Below, one piece after another: positions 18,605 to 28,033 of a DNA stretch of 63,213 nucleotides. Made by a program: the position numbers and the translations under genes. Source of the stretch: Bacteroidales bacterium (GTDB lineage Bacteria > Bacteroidota > Bacteroidia > Bacteroidales > DTU049); NCBI GenBank assembly GCA_035390965.1, contig DAOPKE010000002.1, positions 26,629 to 89,841 of the forward strand. Direction: 5' to 3'. Every line of letters begins with the position of its first letter. Within the stretch, counting starts at the first letter, position 1. Below the pieces are notes generated by a model. It ran no database searches and had not been told where the DNA came from. It was given only the letters and a program-made list of their open reading frames with translations.

Positions 18605-19062
18605 GAAACGCTAGTACAAATATAGCGTTCATCATATTCCATTTGATTTAGTTTCAGAAAATCAAGAAACTCCTCCTGATAGGTAATTCTTCTATGATGC
18701 TCCTTTTGCGAGTCGATATAATCTTTTATTCCCTGCACATCTCCCGGACTAACAGAAAATGCAGCATACCCTGATTGCCAATAAAAATGCTGATACTTCC
18801 TCCCCTGGGTTTTTATCCATTGCGATGAACCAGATTTTATTTTTTCAACTAACTTCATCAGCAAGACATTCTGTGAAAGAATGCAAAGAATATGCACATG
18901 GTTCCTGTATCCGCCAATCTTCACAGGAGGGCATTCCATGTTTTTTGCAATACCTCCCAAATACGCAAATAATTGCTGCTCTATCTGATCATCAATAAAC
19001 GAGATGCGGACTTTTGTGCTAAAGACAATATGCACATAAAGCTTTCTGAATGATTGCGACAT
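18550..19062 (-). CDS. IS200/IS605-family Y1 (HUH) transposase-like protein; a REP-associated tyrosine transposase (RAYT) candidate
   Basis: ORF 18550-19116; the likely start is MSQSFRKLYVHIVFSTK at 19062. An HUH motif (HVHIL) and a catalytic Tyr region (YWQSGYAAFSV) are present. There is no adjacent tnpB. Confidence 0.85.
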   Translation of the reverse strand: MSQSFRKLYVHIVFSTKVRISFIDDQIEQQLFAYLGGIAKNMECPPVKIGGYRNHVHILCILSQNVLLMKLVEKIKSGSSQWIKTQGRKYQHFYWQSGYAAFSVSPGDVQGIKDYIDSQKEHHRRITYQEEFLDFLKLNQMEYDERYICTSVSPLQGSAYFSFSRPFGPG

Positions 19063-19156
19063 AATATGAAAATTTAATGCAGAGGCCGCACATTTTTCAG
19101 GCATAGTGTTTCGCACTTTGCAAATATATGCAGCCCCTGCATGGCATTTGGAAATT

Positions 19157-19573
19157 CTAAGCGGCCTTTTTCATTTCAGTGGCCACGATCTGCACGCGGC
19201 GGTGAGATACGCCGGCATCGTCCTTCCAGGCGGAGCTGCGGAGTTTCCCTTTCAGACGCACACGAGCGCCTTTGTGTACGGTACTCATAACAACATCGGC
19301 TACCTTATTCCATGAGACAACCTGAAACCATTCCGTGATGCGCACCTGCTCGCCTGTCCTGGTGCGATAATCATTAAAATATGACATCGTGAAAAGCGCC
19401 AGCTTGTTGCCATTCGCAAATTGCTTCGGAAACGGCTCAGAGGTCACTACGCCTTCGAGATAAACAATATTCTTTTCAGGATTTCTTTTCTTCTTCGGTT
19501 CTTCTTCACCTGTAAGCACCAACATGCGGGCTTTTTCATCATTTGCGTTCACGCTTTCAAACTGTAATTCCAT
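19157..19573 (-). CDS. Single-stranded DNA-binding (OB-fold) protein-like, lacking the acidic C-terminal tail
   Basis: 138 aa. The core VYLEGVV...TEWFQVVSWNKVADVV...KGARVRLKGKLRSSAWKDDAGVSHRRVQIVA matches the SSB OB-fold pattern. The roughly 35-aa N-terminal extension is charged, and the C-terminus is ...EMKKAA with no D/E-rich IPF-type tip. Confidence 0.75.
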   Translation of the reverse strand: MELQFESVNANDEKARMLVLTGEEEPKKKRNPEKNIVYLEGVVTSEPFPKQFANGNKLALFTMSYFNDYRTRTGEQVRITEWFQVVSWNKVADVVMSTVHKGARVRLKGKLRSSAWKDDAGVSHRRVQIVATEMKKAA

Positions 19574-19850
19574 AATCGTTTTAATTTTTAGTTCAACTGA
19601 AGTTCGCCGTTTTCATCAACGACAATGCAAAGGAACAACCGCCGGAATCCATTAGCTGGTTATTAAGCATTTACTTTCGACTATAAATGTTTGTAAACGT
19701 TTGTTGTCGGCTACAATATGTTCCTGATTACATAATCAGGAACAGCGTCATTTCACATTATCAGTGCAGACAATAATTTTTTTCAACAACAAGTACAAAA
19801 AGCCTCATTTCTACGTACAACCCGACCTTCCAGAGTCCACAATGCAATGG

Positions 19851-19960
19851 AGAACCTGGAAGAGTCGGAAGCTGTGAACTCTTCTGCACCCGACGACTCC
19901 ATATCCTCTGCCTACTTCGTCGCCATCGGGAGTTTATCCCGCCACGGCGGGAATGCAATA
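19851..19960. repeat. Imperfect-palindrome intergenic module (ccgacgaYtccatat / gggagtttatc-hairpin family), copy R1
   Basis: Shares cccgacgactccatatcctctgcctacttcgtcgcc and gggagtttatcCCGCCacGGCGGgaatgcaata with 41979-42132. It lies directly 3' of the methyltransferase stop. Confidence 0.75.
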
Positions 19961-20545
19961 TTATGATTGCCCGTCAATCGTTTTCTTCGCTTCGCAGAAA
20001 TACTGAAAATCATTCACGTTTTCGAAACGCAGCATTTCAAAGCCCGAATCGGAAAAATATTTTTCAATGGTCTCTCTGCTCAGCCGCTCATGCAACGGAG
20101 GTCCAGTGGGCGATTCGACAGGCGCCCATTCAACAATGAACAATTTTCCATCGGCTTTCAGAATTTGCCGGAGCATTTTCAGATAGGCAACCGCATCGTC
20201 CACTTCGTGAAGCACAATAGCCATCAGTAATTTATCAACAGACTTTTCGGGAAGTTGAATGTTATCCTTTTCGCACAACAGTGTTTTCAAATTAAGCGAT
20301 CCGGGAGCATCAGACATAAGCAAATCCAGCATCTGCTGCGAGATATCAGCGGCTATCACATTCCCGGTATCGCCAACATATTCCAATGCCGGAATGGCAA
20401 AGTATCCTTTTCCGGCGCCTGCATCGAGCATCACATCGCCTTTTTGCAAATGCATCATGTCGAGAATTTTCTCAGGCGGTATGAGCTTACGGCGCTCAGC
20501 AGAACTTAGACTTTCATGCTTTTCAGGATTGAATATTTTCGACAT
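19961..20545 (-). CDS. Class I SAM-dependent methyltransferase
   Basis: 194 aa with motif I VMLDAGAGKGYF and a Rossmann-like layout. Confidence 0.85.
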   Translation of the reverse strand: MSKIFNPEKHESLSSAERRKLIPPEKILDMMHLQKGDVMLDAGAGKGYFAIPALEYVGDTGNVIAADISQQMLDLLMSDAPGSLNLKTLLCEKDNIQLPEKSVDKLLMAIVLHEVDDAVAYLKMLRQILKADGKLFIVEWAPVESPTGPPLHERLSRETIEKYFSDSGFEMLRFENVNDFQYFCEAKKTIDGQS

Positions 20546-20555
20546 TCCAAGCGTT

Positions 20556-21026
20556 TTAGTTTAGAAAATAAAATGCAGCATTCAGTGCAGTTGCAAACAG
20601 AATCCATAGTAAATACGGGATATTCAGATAGGCAGCGATGGGTTTCAATCGATAGAAATTCAACAACATGATAACAACAACAACATCAAGCACAATGATA
20701 TCGATAAGTGCCAGCGCGATATTCTGATAATAGAAAAACAAAAAAGACCATGCAAAATTCAACGCCAGCTGAATGAGATAAATAATTTTGGCAACAGTCC
20801 TTTCTTTAGTCCTGGGCATGATCCAGATATAAAAAAACGAAAGTCCCATCAAGATGTAGAGCAGTGTACAAACAGGTCCAAAAACCCAACCTGGCGGATT
20901 AAAGACTGGTTTATTCAATGAAGCAAACCATCCGGGAACCACTTCGGATGTGTATTGTCCGGCAATATAGCCCAGTGCCAGCGGGACAAACAGCGAGGTG
21001 AAAAATTTAAAAATACTTCGGAGCAT
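20556..21026 (-). CDS. tspO: TspO/MBR family tryptophan-rich sensory protein
   Basis: 156 aa with 5 TM segments. WFASLNKPVFNPPGWVFGPVCTLLYILMG is the TspO signature. Confidence 0.88.
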   Translation of the reverse strand: MLRSIFKFFTSLFVPLALGYIAGQYTSEVVPGWFASLNKPVFNPPGWVFGPVCTLLYILMGLSFFYIWIMPRTKERTVAKIIYLIQLALNFAWSFLFFYYQNIALALIDIIVLDVVVVIMLLNFYRLKPIAAYLNIPYLLWILFATALNAAFYFLN

Positions 21027-21043
21027 ACAGTGAGATATTTTTA

Positions 21044-21183
21044 GGTCAAGGTTAAGGTCAAGGTTAAGGTCGAGGTTAAGTAAGACTTTCGTTACACGTT
21101 ACAGACGTTACAATCGTTACAATGTTAAGTTTGAGGTTAAGGTTAAGGTTAAGGTTAAGGTTAAGGTTAAGGTTAAGGTTAAG
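21044..21183. repeat. Word array: GGT(C/T)AAG units (21044-21084), GTTAC block (21089-21122) and (GGTTAA)x8 (21135-21183)
   Basis: Read directly. The 32-nt string tcgttacacgttacagacgttacaatcgttac is identical to 12566-12597. Confidence 0.9.
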
Positions 21184-21416
21184 CACCTTTGGTGAATCTG
21201 GCATGTTTTCAAAAAAAATCTCTTTCTACATTCAACAGCAATTTCCAATTTCAGTGTTCATGATTCAATGTTCGGCATGTAATACTCCCTTCATCCTTCC
21301 TTGTTCCTCTTGATCCGTCAGAATGCACAGATTGTTCAGTGTTCATTATTTATCATTACTTCTTCCTTCACTTCGAAAATCAAAAATCTCAAATCTGATA
21401 TCGTATATCCTTCGGC

Positions 21417-24005
21417 TCACTCTTCTTCCCATTCAATCTGGAATTTCGTGTTTTCTTTCGGGGCGGGTTCAACCTTTTTGATGCTTGTGTCTTTTTTGAA
21501 AAGGCCAAATTCTTCATTCAGAATTTTTTTCAGATTCTGCTTTTCGGCTTTCAGATCCTGTTTCACTTTTTCCTGCATGGCCTTTTTGTCAAGCTGCTTG
21601 TACTGCGGGTTTTCGACGGTTCCTGTAATCAGAATAAAAATAGTCGGATCGCCCACTCCATCATCAACAACATAACCATATTCATCTTCGGGACGGGTTT
21701 TATCTCCGCCTTTTTTCACATCCGAAAACTTCACTTCGAGATGATATTCAATGTTATTTTCAAATGTATGCGATCCGGTAACCTTCAGATTCATTACGTT
21801 TGAGCGAATTTCCGTTTTCGGAATTTTAATGGTTTTGTCGCTGATGGAAATGGTGCTGACCATTTTTTCAAACTGAATATCCGAAAAATCTCTTCCTTTA
21901 ATAATCTTCTCGAGATCGTTGATGGGCGCGTATCCTACAAGCTGTCCATCTCTGATTTCAATCTCAGCACCTGCAACAATCGATGCCGGATCAACTTCGA
22001 GCGTTTCGGAAAAAGTTGCTTTCATCTGCAGCGAAACATCTGTGCGGCCACGCAGATTGTCATAAGTCAGATCTTTCTGTCCGAAATTATTGAACACAAT
22101 AAATGCTTCACGCACGTCAAGGTTTTTAAGATTTGCATCAAGCGAAACCTTAACATCCTTGTTTTTAAGCTCACAGGAGCCGCTTCCTCGAATGGATCCA
22201 CCCAATGTCTTCAGACTCACATCTTCGGCCAGAACTTTGTTTTCGCCCACATGCACCGTGGCTTTTACATTGCTTGCACCGAATTTATTATACGACAAAC
22301 GGTCGGCCGAATACTCTACAACCGCTCGGACATTTTTTGGTAAAACAAATTTTATTTCTGTTTCTTTTGTCTTCTGCGTATTTTCTTCTTCAGGGAAAAG
22401 CTCTGTGACATCAATATTCTTCGAATGCAGATCAGCACTCAGTTTCAGCTCGTTGTCATCAATAAACAGAAATGGCAGAATGTCCTTTAGAATGGCATTT
22501 CCGCTGAAATCACTGGAACCATATGCAACATTCATTTCCTTTATTTCAAGGTCACGGTTTGAAAAAATGGCATCCAGTTTTTTCACAGCAGCCACTTTGC
22601 TCATTCCTTCGGTCTGCAGCTTTGCATCTTCGATCAGAAGCGTTCCCTGACTTTTGCTGTCAATAAAATCCTTTGCCTGCAAATTGGAAAAATCGTCAAT
22701 GGTTCCTTCATACTGAACATCAAATTTCACGTTGCCCGCCATCTCTTTCACGCTCTCCCACTGGCCCCATTCCTGAATTTTTCCCAAAGACATATCGCCT
22801 TTCAACGACAATTTTATCTGCGGATTTTTCAGGTTCATAATTTGCAGACTTCCCGAAATGGTCTTCCCGTCCAGTGTTGCACTGAAGTTTTTCATTGACA
22901 GGAAATACTTTTCCTGCGCAGCAAAATCGGGTGTTGTAAATTTTCCGTTGAAGCGAATGTTGCTCAGTGCAATATTGTTTTCTGGTCTTTCAATATAGCC
23001 ATCCTGCATCAGCAGTGACACATCGACTGAGGGCATTTTCCCGTCGCTGTACTTTCCTTTGATGTGCGACTCGATTGAAATAGTACCGCGATGCTCGAGT
23101 CCATCCGAGAATTTCCGGACTTCCTGCGGCATCAGACTGATGAATTCATTCAGATCGGTGTTGTCCGATTTCACTGTGATATCAACGGTTTCGCGCGATT
23201 TATCATAATCCACCTTCCCTGCTGCCAGCAGAACCACATCGGCAATCTGAATCTCCACGCTATTGAATGAAACATTCGAAGTCGATGTGTTTACATCAAT
23301 CACACCATTGAGCAGGGCGTCTGTTCCGGGAATGAAGTCCATGCCTGAAACATGGATAGTGTCAACACGCAATGCAGCAGACAGTTTCACGTTGTAATCA
23401 TCTTCGTAAAAGCTGCCCGATGCTCTGGCCTGATGAAAAAAGAATGTGTATTGCTGATCGAAACGCTCATCAAAATATCCACCACGCACATCGGAAAGAT
23501 AGATTCTTTCAAGATGAAACGCTGTACTTTCCGAAGAAGTGGTTGTATCTGTTGTTGGTTTCAGAATATGAAAATTATCAGAACCATCTTTGAAAACCCG
23601 CAGCCAGACTGATCCGCGATCCATCCCAATCTGGCGGATGGTGTAGTCACCAGTAATCATATCTATCAGATTGAACTCAAGCGAAACCCAACGTGCTGAA
23701 AAAAGATTTCCTGTTTTCTGCTGTGTGGCATCGCTGGCCGACACTTCGTTGAACACTACCGACACCATGGGAAAATGATGAAACAAAGTCACATCAACAT
23801 CCTTTACCTTGATTTCGGAATTGAGTTCCTTGTTGATCTGACCAATTACTTTCTGCTCAATTTTATTCTGAAAAATAAACACCAGCAGCCATGCCAGCAG
23901 AATCAGAAACACCACGGATCCGATCAGCCAAAGGAAAATCCGCAGTGCGATTCCGTACCATTTCCGCTTTTTTCTGGTCTTTGTTTCTGTTGCCGGTTGT
24001 TCCAT
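21417..24005 (-). CDS. AsmA family outer-membrane biogenesis protein
   Basis: 862 aa. An N-terminal TM anchor (IALRIFLWLIGSVVFLILLAWLLVFIF) is followed by a long beta-rich periplasmic region typical of AsmA-like proteins. Confidence 0.75.
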   Translation of the reverse strand: MEQPATETKTRKKRKWYGIALRIFLWLIGSVVFLILLAWLLVFIFQNKIEQKVIGQINKELNSEIKVKDVDVTLFHHFPMVSVVFNEVSASDATQQKTGNLFSARWVSLEFNLIDMITGDYTIRQIGMDRGSVWLRVFKDGSDNFHILKPTTDTTTSSESTAFHLERIYLSDVRGGYFDERFDQQYTFFFHQARASGSFYEDDYNVKLSAALRVDTIHVSGMDFIPGTDALLNGVIDVNTSTSNVSFNSVEIQIADVVLLAAGKVDYDKSRETVDITVKSDNTDLNEFISLMPQEVRKFSDGLEHRGTISIESHIKGKYSDGKMPSVDVSLLMQDGYIERPENNIALSNIRFNGKFTTPDFAAQEKYFLSMKNFSATLDGKTISGSLQIMNLKNPQIKLSLKGDMSLGKIQEWGQWESVKEMAGNVKFDVQYEGTIDDFSNLQAKDFIDSKSQGTLLIEDAKLQTEGMSKVAAVKKLDAIFSNRDLEIKEMNVAYGSSDFSGNAILKDILPFLFIDDNELKLSADLHSKNIDVTELFPEEENTQKTKETEIKFVLPKNVRAVVEYSADRLSYNKFGASNVKATVHVGENKVLAEDVSLKTLGGSIRGSGSCELKNKDVKVSLDANLKNLDVREAFIVFNNFGQKDLTYDNLRGRTDVSLQMKATFSETLEVDPASIVAGAEIEIRDGQLVGYAPINDLEKIIKGRDFSDIQFEKMVSTISISDKTIKIPKTEIRSNVMNLKVTGSHTFENNIEYHLEVKFSDVKKGGDKTRPEDEYGYVVDDGVGDPTIFILITGTVENPQYKQLDKKAMQEKVKQDLKAEKQNLKKILNEEFGLFKKDTSIKKVEPAPKENTKFQIEWEEE

Positions 24006-24036
24006 CTGTGTAATAACGTTGTTACAGCTGTAAAAA

Positions 24037-25098
24037 TTACATTGACTTTTCCGACCTGAAACTGTCCCAGCCCTGCGCCTTGAGCGAAATACTCTGGCCG
24101 GCTTTGGTGATCAGATTCATGCCTTCGTTTTTGTCGGTGATGTGACCAATCACCAGAATGTCATCGCGGTCTTTCAGCTTTTCGTATTCTGCCAGCGGCA
24201 CCGTGAAAAGTAGCTCGTAGTCTTCGCCTCCGTGCAATGCCATGGTGATATCGGTCACATTGAATTCTTCGGCTACTCTGCCTGTTTCAATATCCACCGG
24301 AATTTTTTCCTCGTATATACTGCATCCTGTGCCGCTCTGCGAGCAGATGTGGTGAAGCTCCGACGAAAGTCCGTCGGAAATATCCATCATCGAAGTCGGT
24401 TTAATTCCAACCTTGCGTAGTTTCTCCATCACGTCGAAACGCGCTTCAGGTTTGAGCTGGCGTTCTATCACATATTCAAATCCCTGCAGGTCGGGCTGGA
24501 AATTCGGATTTGCCTCGAAAGTTTTTTTCTCGCGCTGCAAAATGAGCAGTCCTGCGTAGGCCGCTCCAAGATCGCCACTCACGCAGATCAGGTCATTCAC
24601 CTGAGCACCGTTGCGATAAACAATGTCTTCTTTTTTTGCTTTGCCGACAACGGTAACCGAAATCACCAGTCCCTGAGCGCTGCTGCTGGTGTCGCCTCCA
24701 ACGAGATCGACCTTGTATTTGTCACAGGCCATTTTCATTCCGGCAAACAATTCATCCAGTGCTTCAACCGAAAAACGGTTTGATATACCTATACTCACCA
24801 GCACCTGTTGCGCTACTCCGTTCATGGCCGCAATGTCGCTCAGATTCACAACAATCGATTTGTATCCCAGATGACGCAGCGGCATCCACGACAGATCGAA
24901 ATGCACACCTTCGAGCAGCAGATCGGTTGACAGGAGGGTTTGTTCTTCAGCGTCGTATTCAATGACAGCCGCATCATCACCGATGCCTTTGCGGGAGCTT
25001 TTGTTCACCAGCGGAAAATCTTTGGTGAGGTGATGAATGAGACCAAATTCACCCAAGGTGGAAATATCGGTGTGGGCCGGCTTTTTATCTTCGAGCAT
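24037..25098 (-). CDS. thiL: Thiamine-monophosphate kinase
   Basis: 353 aa with GIGDDAAV, an AIR-synthase-like fold and DISDGL motifs. Confidence 0.9.
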   Translation of the reverse strand: MLEDKKPAHTDISTLGEFGLIHHLTKDFPLVNKSSRKGIGDDAAVIEYDAEEQTLLSTDLLLEGVHFDLSWMPLRHLGYKSIVVNLSDIAAMNGVAQQVLVSIGISNRFSVEALDELFAGMKMACDKYKVDLVGGDTSSSAQGLVISVTVVGKAKKEDIVYRNGAQVNDLICVSGDLGAAYAGLLILQREKKTFEANPNFQPDLQGFEYVIERQLKPEARFDVMEKLRKVGIKPTSMMDISDGLSSELHHICSQSGTGCSIYEEKIPVDIETGRVAEEFNVTDITMALHGGEDYELLFTVPLAEYEKLKDRDDILVIGHITDKNEGMNLITKAGQSISLKAQGWDSFRSEKSM

Positions 25099-25334
25099 AG
25101 TATTCCTTTTTCTGCAAAATTAATCAATCCTTTACCTTTATAAAAGGGAGAGAGGAGATGTTATTAACCGCAGAGGTTTGAAAAGCGCGGTGCTAATTGG
25201 ATTGTTTTGAGAGTCAAGCATGCTGAATTTATTCGTCAGCATACTATAACAGAGATTTTGGCCTCCGAGCCGGGATCTCATCGAAAACCTTCTATGCCAA
25301 TGCTGGATTGTACGCCGCCAAAACTGTTTCGCAG

Positions 25335-25442
25335 CCGACGATTCCATGTCAGCAAGCTTTGCTGTTAATCCCCTTCTTGCTGACGATAGAATGTCGGCGA
25401 GGCTGCATCTCAGCCAACGCTGGAATGTTCTCCTTCGTCGGA
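25335..25442. repeat. Imperfect-palindrome intergenic module, copy R3
   Basis: gccgacgattccatgtcagcaag ... cttgctgacgatagaatgtcggc forms a long imperfect hairpin. It shares the ccgacgattccat and cttcgtcg words with R1 and R2 and abuts the SprT-like stop at 25443. Confidence 0.65.
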
Positions 25443-26036
25443 CTATGGATTGTTGGTTTTCACAACAGCTTTGCCGATGAACAAATATTTTTTGCGGTCG
25501 TCGAGACGCTGACATAAAACGCGCGTGCGCTGCAGACTAAGTTTGCGATAAGTTTTTTCTTTCCAGATGAATTCGGCGCCGTCGGGTAAATCTTTTACGC
25601 GGGTTTCACCTTCCTGAATTTCGATTTCAGCATCACTGTTTTCGTAGGTCACGCGCGGCTTTTCGAGCTGATACAGCGCTTCGGTTTTCCATTCGGGTGC
25701 AAATTCATACAACGACATGACAATACGCAGCAACATTTTGAAGGCGAATTTCCATTCCTCGCCGTGCGGCTGAGCACGGTGTCCGTATTCGCGCCACACC
25801 ATGGCATGCGCCAGTTCGTGACACAGAATAATCATAAAATGTCCAAGTGGCAATTCACGTCGCACATACACCCGCGCCGGAATATCATTTCCTTTCACCA
25901 TGAAAGTGCCAAGCCGGTGTTTTGAGTTGCGTTGAAAATAAATTTCGGTATTGAGCCGTGTTGCAGCATCGTGCAAAAACAGGTACAACTGCCGGTTGTA
26001 ATTTTGTACAAAAAAAGTTGCTGAAACCGGTTTCAT
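25443..26036 (-). CDS. SprT-like zinc metallopeptidase domain protein
   Basis: 197 aa with the HExxH motif in ILCHELAHAMVW. Confidence 0.75.
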   Translation of the reverse strand: MKPVSATFFVQNYNRQLYLFLHDAATRLNTEIYFQRNSKHRLGTFMVKGNDIPARVYVRRELPLGHFMIILCHELAHAMVWREYGHRAQPHGEEWKFAFKMLLRIVMSLYEFAPEWKTEALYQLEKPRVTYENSDAEIEIQEGETRVKDLPDGAEFIWKEKTYRKLSLQRTRVLCQRLDDRKKYLFIGKAVVKTNNP

Positions 26037-26056
26037 ATTCCCTCCGGAAAACGGAA

Positions 26057-27844
26057 TTAATCAAGCTTAAGAACAGCCAGGAATGCGCTCTGCGGTACTT
26101 CGATGTTACCCACCTGACGCATGCGTCTCTTTCCTTTTTTCTGTTTTTCGAGCAATTTGCGTTTACGCGAAATATCACCGCCGTAGCATTTTGCAGTAAC
26201 GTCTTTGCGATATGCCTTGATGGTTTCGCGCGCAATGATTTTGGCTCCGATAGCGGCCTGTATGGCAATGTCGAACTGCTGTCGCGGAATCAGGTCTTTC
26301 AGTTTTTCGCACATGCGGCGGCCGAAAGAGTATGAATTATCTTTGTGAATGAGCGTTGACAAGGCATCGACCTGCTCACCATTAAGCAAAATATCGAGGC
26401 GCACCAGATCCGCTTCGTGGAAACCACATTCATGATAATCGAACGAGGCATATCCTTTCGAAATGCTTTTCAGTTTATCATAGAAGTCGAAAACGATCTC
26501 TGCAAGCGGCATTTCGAATGTTACCTCCACACGATCCGTTGAAAGAAATACCTGATTTTTCATTACGCCTCGCTTGTCAATACAAAGCTTCATGATCGCA
26601 CCCTGGTATTCGGACTTGGTAATAACGTTTGCAGTGATATAGGGCTCTTCGATGTAATCAATTTTGGTGATATCCGGAAGTCCGCTCGGGTTGTGCACTT
26701 CAACAAGTTCCTTCTTCAGCGTGTACACTTTGTACGATACATTGGGAACCGTCGTAATGACATCCATGTTGAATTCGCGGTCGAGGCGTTCCTGAATAAT
26801 TTCCATATGCAGGAGTCCCAGAAAACCGCAGCGGAAGCCGAATCCGAGAGCAGCAGAAGATTCCGGTTCAAATGTCAGCGAAGCATCGTTGAGCTGCAGC
26901 TTTTCGATGGATTCGCGCAATTCTTCGTAATCATCGGCATCGACCGGATAGAGGCCGGCAAAGACCATCGGTTTAGCTTCCTTGAATCCTTCAATACCAG
27001 TTGTGCAAGGGTTATCGACTTTGGTGATGGTGTCACCAACCCTGACTTCGCGGGCGACCTTGATGCCTGAGATGATATAGCCAACATCGCCGGCCGAGAG
27101 TTCAGATCTGGGTTCCAGCTTCATTCCAAGTGTACCGACTTCATCGGCGCGATATTGTTTTCCGGTGCTGATAAGCTTCACCAGGTCATTCGTTTTAACA
27201 GTGCCGTTTTTAATCCGGAAATAGGTAATAATTCCGCGGAAAGAATTATACACACTGTCGAAAATCAGCGCCTGGAGCGGAGCTTCGGGATCGCCTTTGG
27301 GAGCAGGAACTTTATTGATGATGGCATCAAGAATTTCTTCGATACCCATACCGGTACGGGCGCTGGCTTCGATGATGTCTTCGCGCGGGCAGCCCAGCAG
27401 TTCAACAATCTGATCCTTCACTTCTTCGGGCATGGCGCTGGCCATATCCATTTTATTGAGGATTGGAATGATTTCGAGATTGTGATCGATGGCCTGATAG
27501 AGGTTGGAAATGGTCTGGGCCTGGATTCCCTGCGTGGCGTCGATGACCAGCAAAGCACCTTCGCAGGCGGCAATGGCGCGTGAGACTTCATAGGAAAAAT
27601 CAACGTGACCCGGAGTGTCGATCAGGTTCAGCTTGTATTTCTGACCACCGCGCTCACAGCGCATCTGAATAGCATGACTCTTGATGGTAATGCCTTTTTC
27701 GCGCTCCAGATCCATGTCGTCGAGGACCTGGTTCTGAAACTCGCGCTCACTCACCGTTCCGGTGAATTCCAATAAACGATCAGCCAGCGTTGATTTACCG
27801 TGGTCAATATGTGCAATAATGCAGAAGTTGCGTATGTTATTCAT
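26057..27844 (-). CDS. lepA: Translation elongation factor 4 (LepA)
   Basis: ORF 26057-27937. The conserved N-terminus [23 protein letters not shown] starts at 27844, and the upstream 31 codons read through a simple-repeat region. The C-terminus ...[13 protein letters not shown] is typical of LepA. Confidence 0.95.
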   Translation of the reverse strand: MNNIRNFCIIAHIDHGKSTLADRLLEFTGTVSEREFQNQVLDDMDLEREKGITIKSHAIQMRCERGGQKYKLNLIDTPGHVDFSYEVSRAIAACEGALLVIDATQGIQAQTISNLYQAIDHNLEIIPILNKMDMASAMPEEVKDQIVELLGCPREDIIEASARTGMGIEEILDAIINKVPAPKGDPEAPLQALIFDSVYNSFRGIITYFRIKNGTVKTNDLVKLISTGKQYRADEVGTLGMKLEPRSELSAGDVGYIISGIKVAREVRVGDTITKVDNPCTTGIEGFKEAKPMVFAGLYPVDADDYEELRESIEKLQLNDASLTFEPESSAALGFGFRCGFLGLLHMEIIQERLDREFNMDVITTVPNVSYKVYTLKKELVEVHNPSGLPDITKIDYIEEPYITANVITKSEYQGAIMKLCIDKRGVMKNQVFLSTDRVEVTFEMPLAEIVFDFYDKLKSISKGYASFDYHECGFHEADLVRLDILLNGEQVDALSTLIHKDNSYSFGRRMCEKLKDLIPRQQFDIAIQAAIGAKIIARETIKAYRKDVTAKCYGGDISRKRKLLEKQKKGKRRMRQVGNIEVPQSAFLAVLKLD

Positions 27845-27865
27845 AATCGGGTGCAAAAGTAATAA

Positions 27866-28025
27866 AATACGAGATACGAAATACGAAATCAGAAATACGA
27901 AATGATGTGGAAATGTGTCGCTTCGCTCATGTGACACCTGCGGCGTATGTGCAAATATGAGATTCTGGAAAGATTTGTAACGATTGTAACGTGTAACGTC
28001 TGTAACGACTGTAACGCGTAACGAT
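27866..28025. repeat. Word arrays: AATACGA heptamers (27866-27905) and a GTAAC block (27977-28025)
   Basis: Read directly. The GTAAC block is a reshuffled reverse complement of the words in 12566-12680. cagaaatacgaaatga also occurs at about 41949. Confidence 0.85.
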
Positions 28026-28033
28026 TAACTTGA

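Noticed and set aside
18550-19116. Complete IS200/IS605 element with TnpB/OMEGA RNA
   Set aside because: Only the Y1 TnpA-like gene is present. No tnpB/iscB-sized ORF is adjacent, and no second copy of the element is visible in the window, so I call it RAYT-like rather than an active IS.
19761-19958. 65-aa Arg-rich ORF
   Set aside because: It lies entirely within palindromic module R1 and its composition reflects the repeat. Likewise, 25138-25515, 15578-15821, 29478-29678 and 41993-42303 are ORFs that run through repeat modules.
21122-21313. ORF encoding MLSLRLRLRLRLRLRLRLRL...
   Set aside because: It is a translation of the (GGTTAA)n hexamer array, not a gene.
25099-25442. TPP riboswitch upstream of thiL
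   Set aside because: On the minus strand I see ctgaga and ccagcg words, but in the wrong order and without the conserved ACCUGAUCUGGAUAAUGCCAGCG-type core. The spacer is instead made of the dispersed repeat modules.
27845-27937. N-terminal 31-codon extension of the lepA ORF
   Set aside because: The conserved LepA N-terminus begins at the ATG at 27844. The extension translates the AATACGA simple repeat and has no counterpart in LepA proteins.
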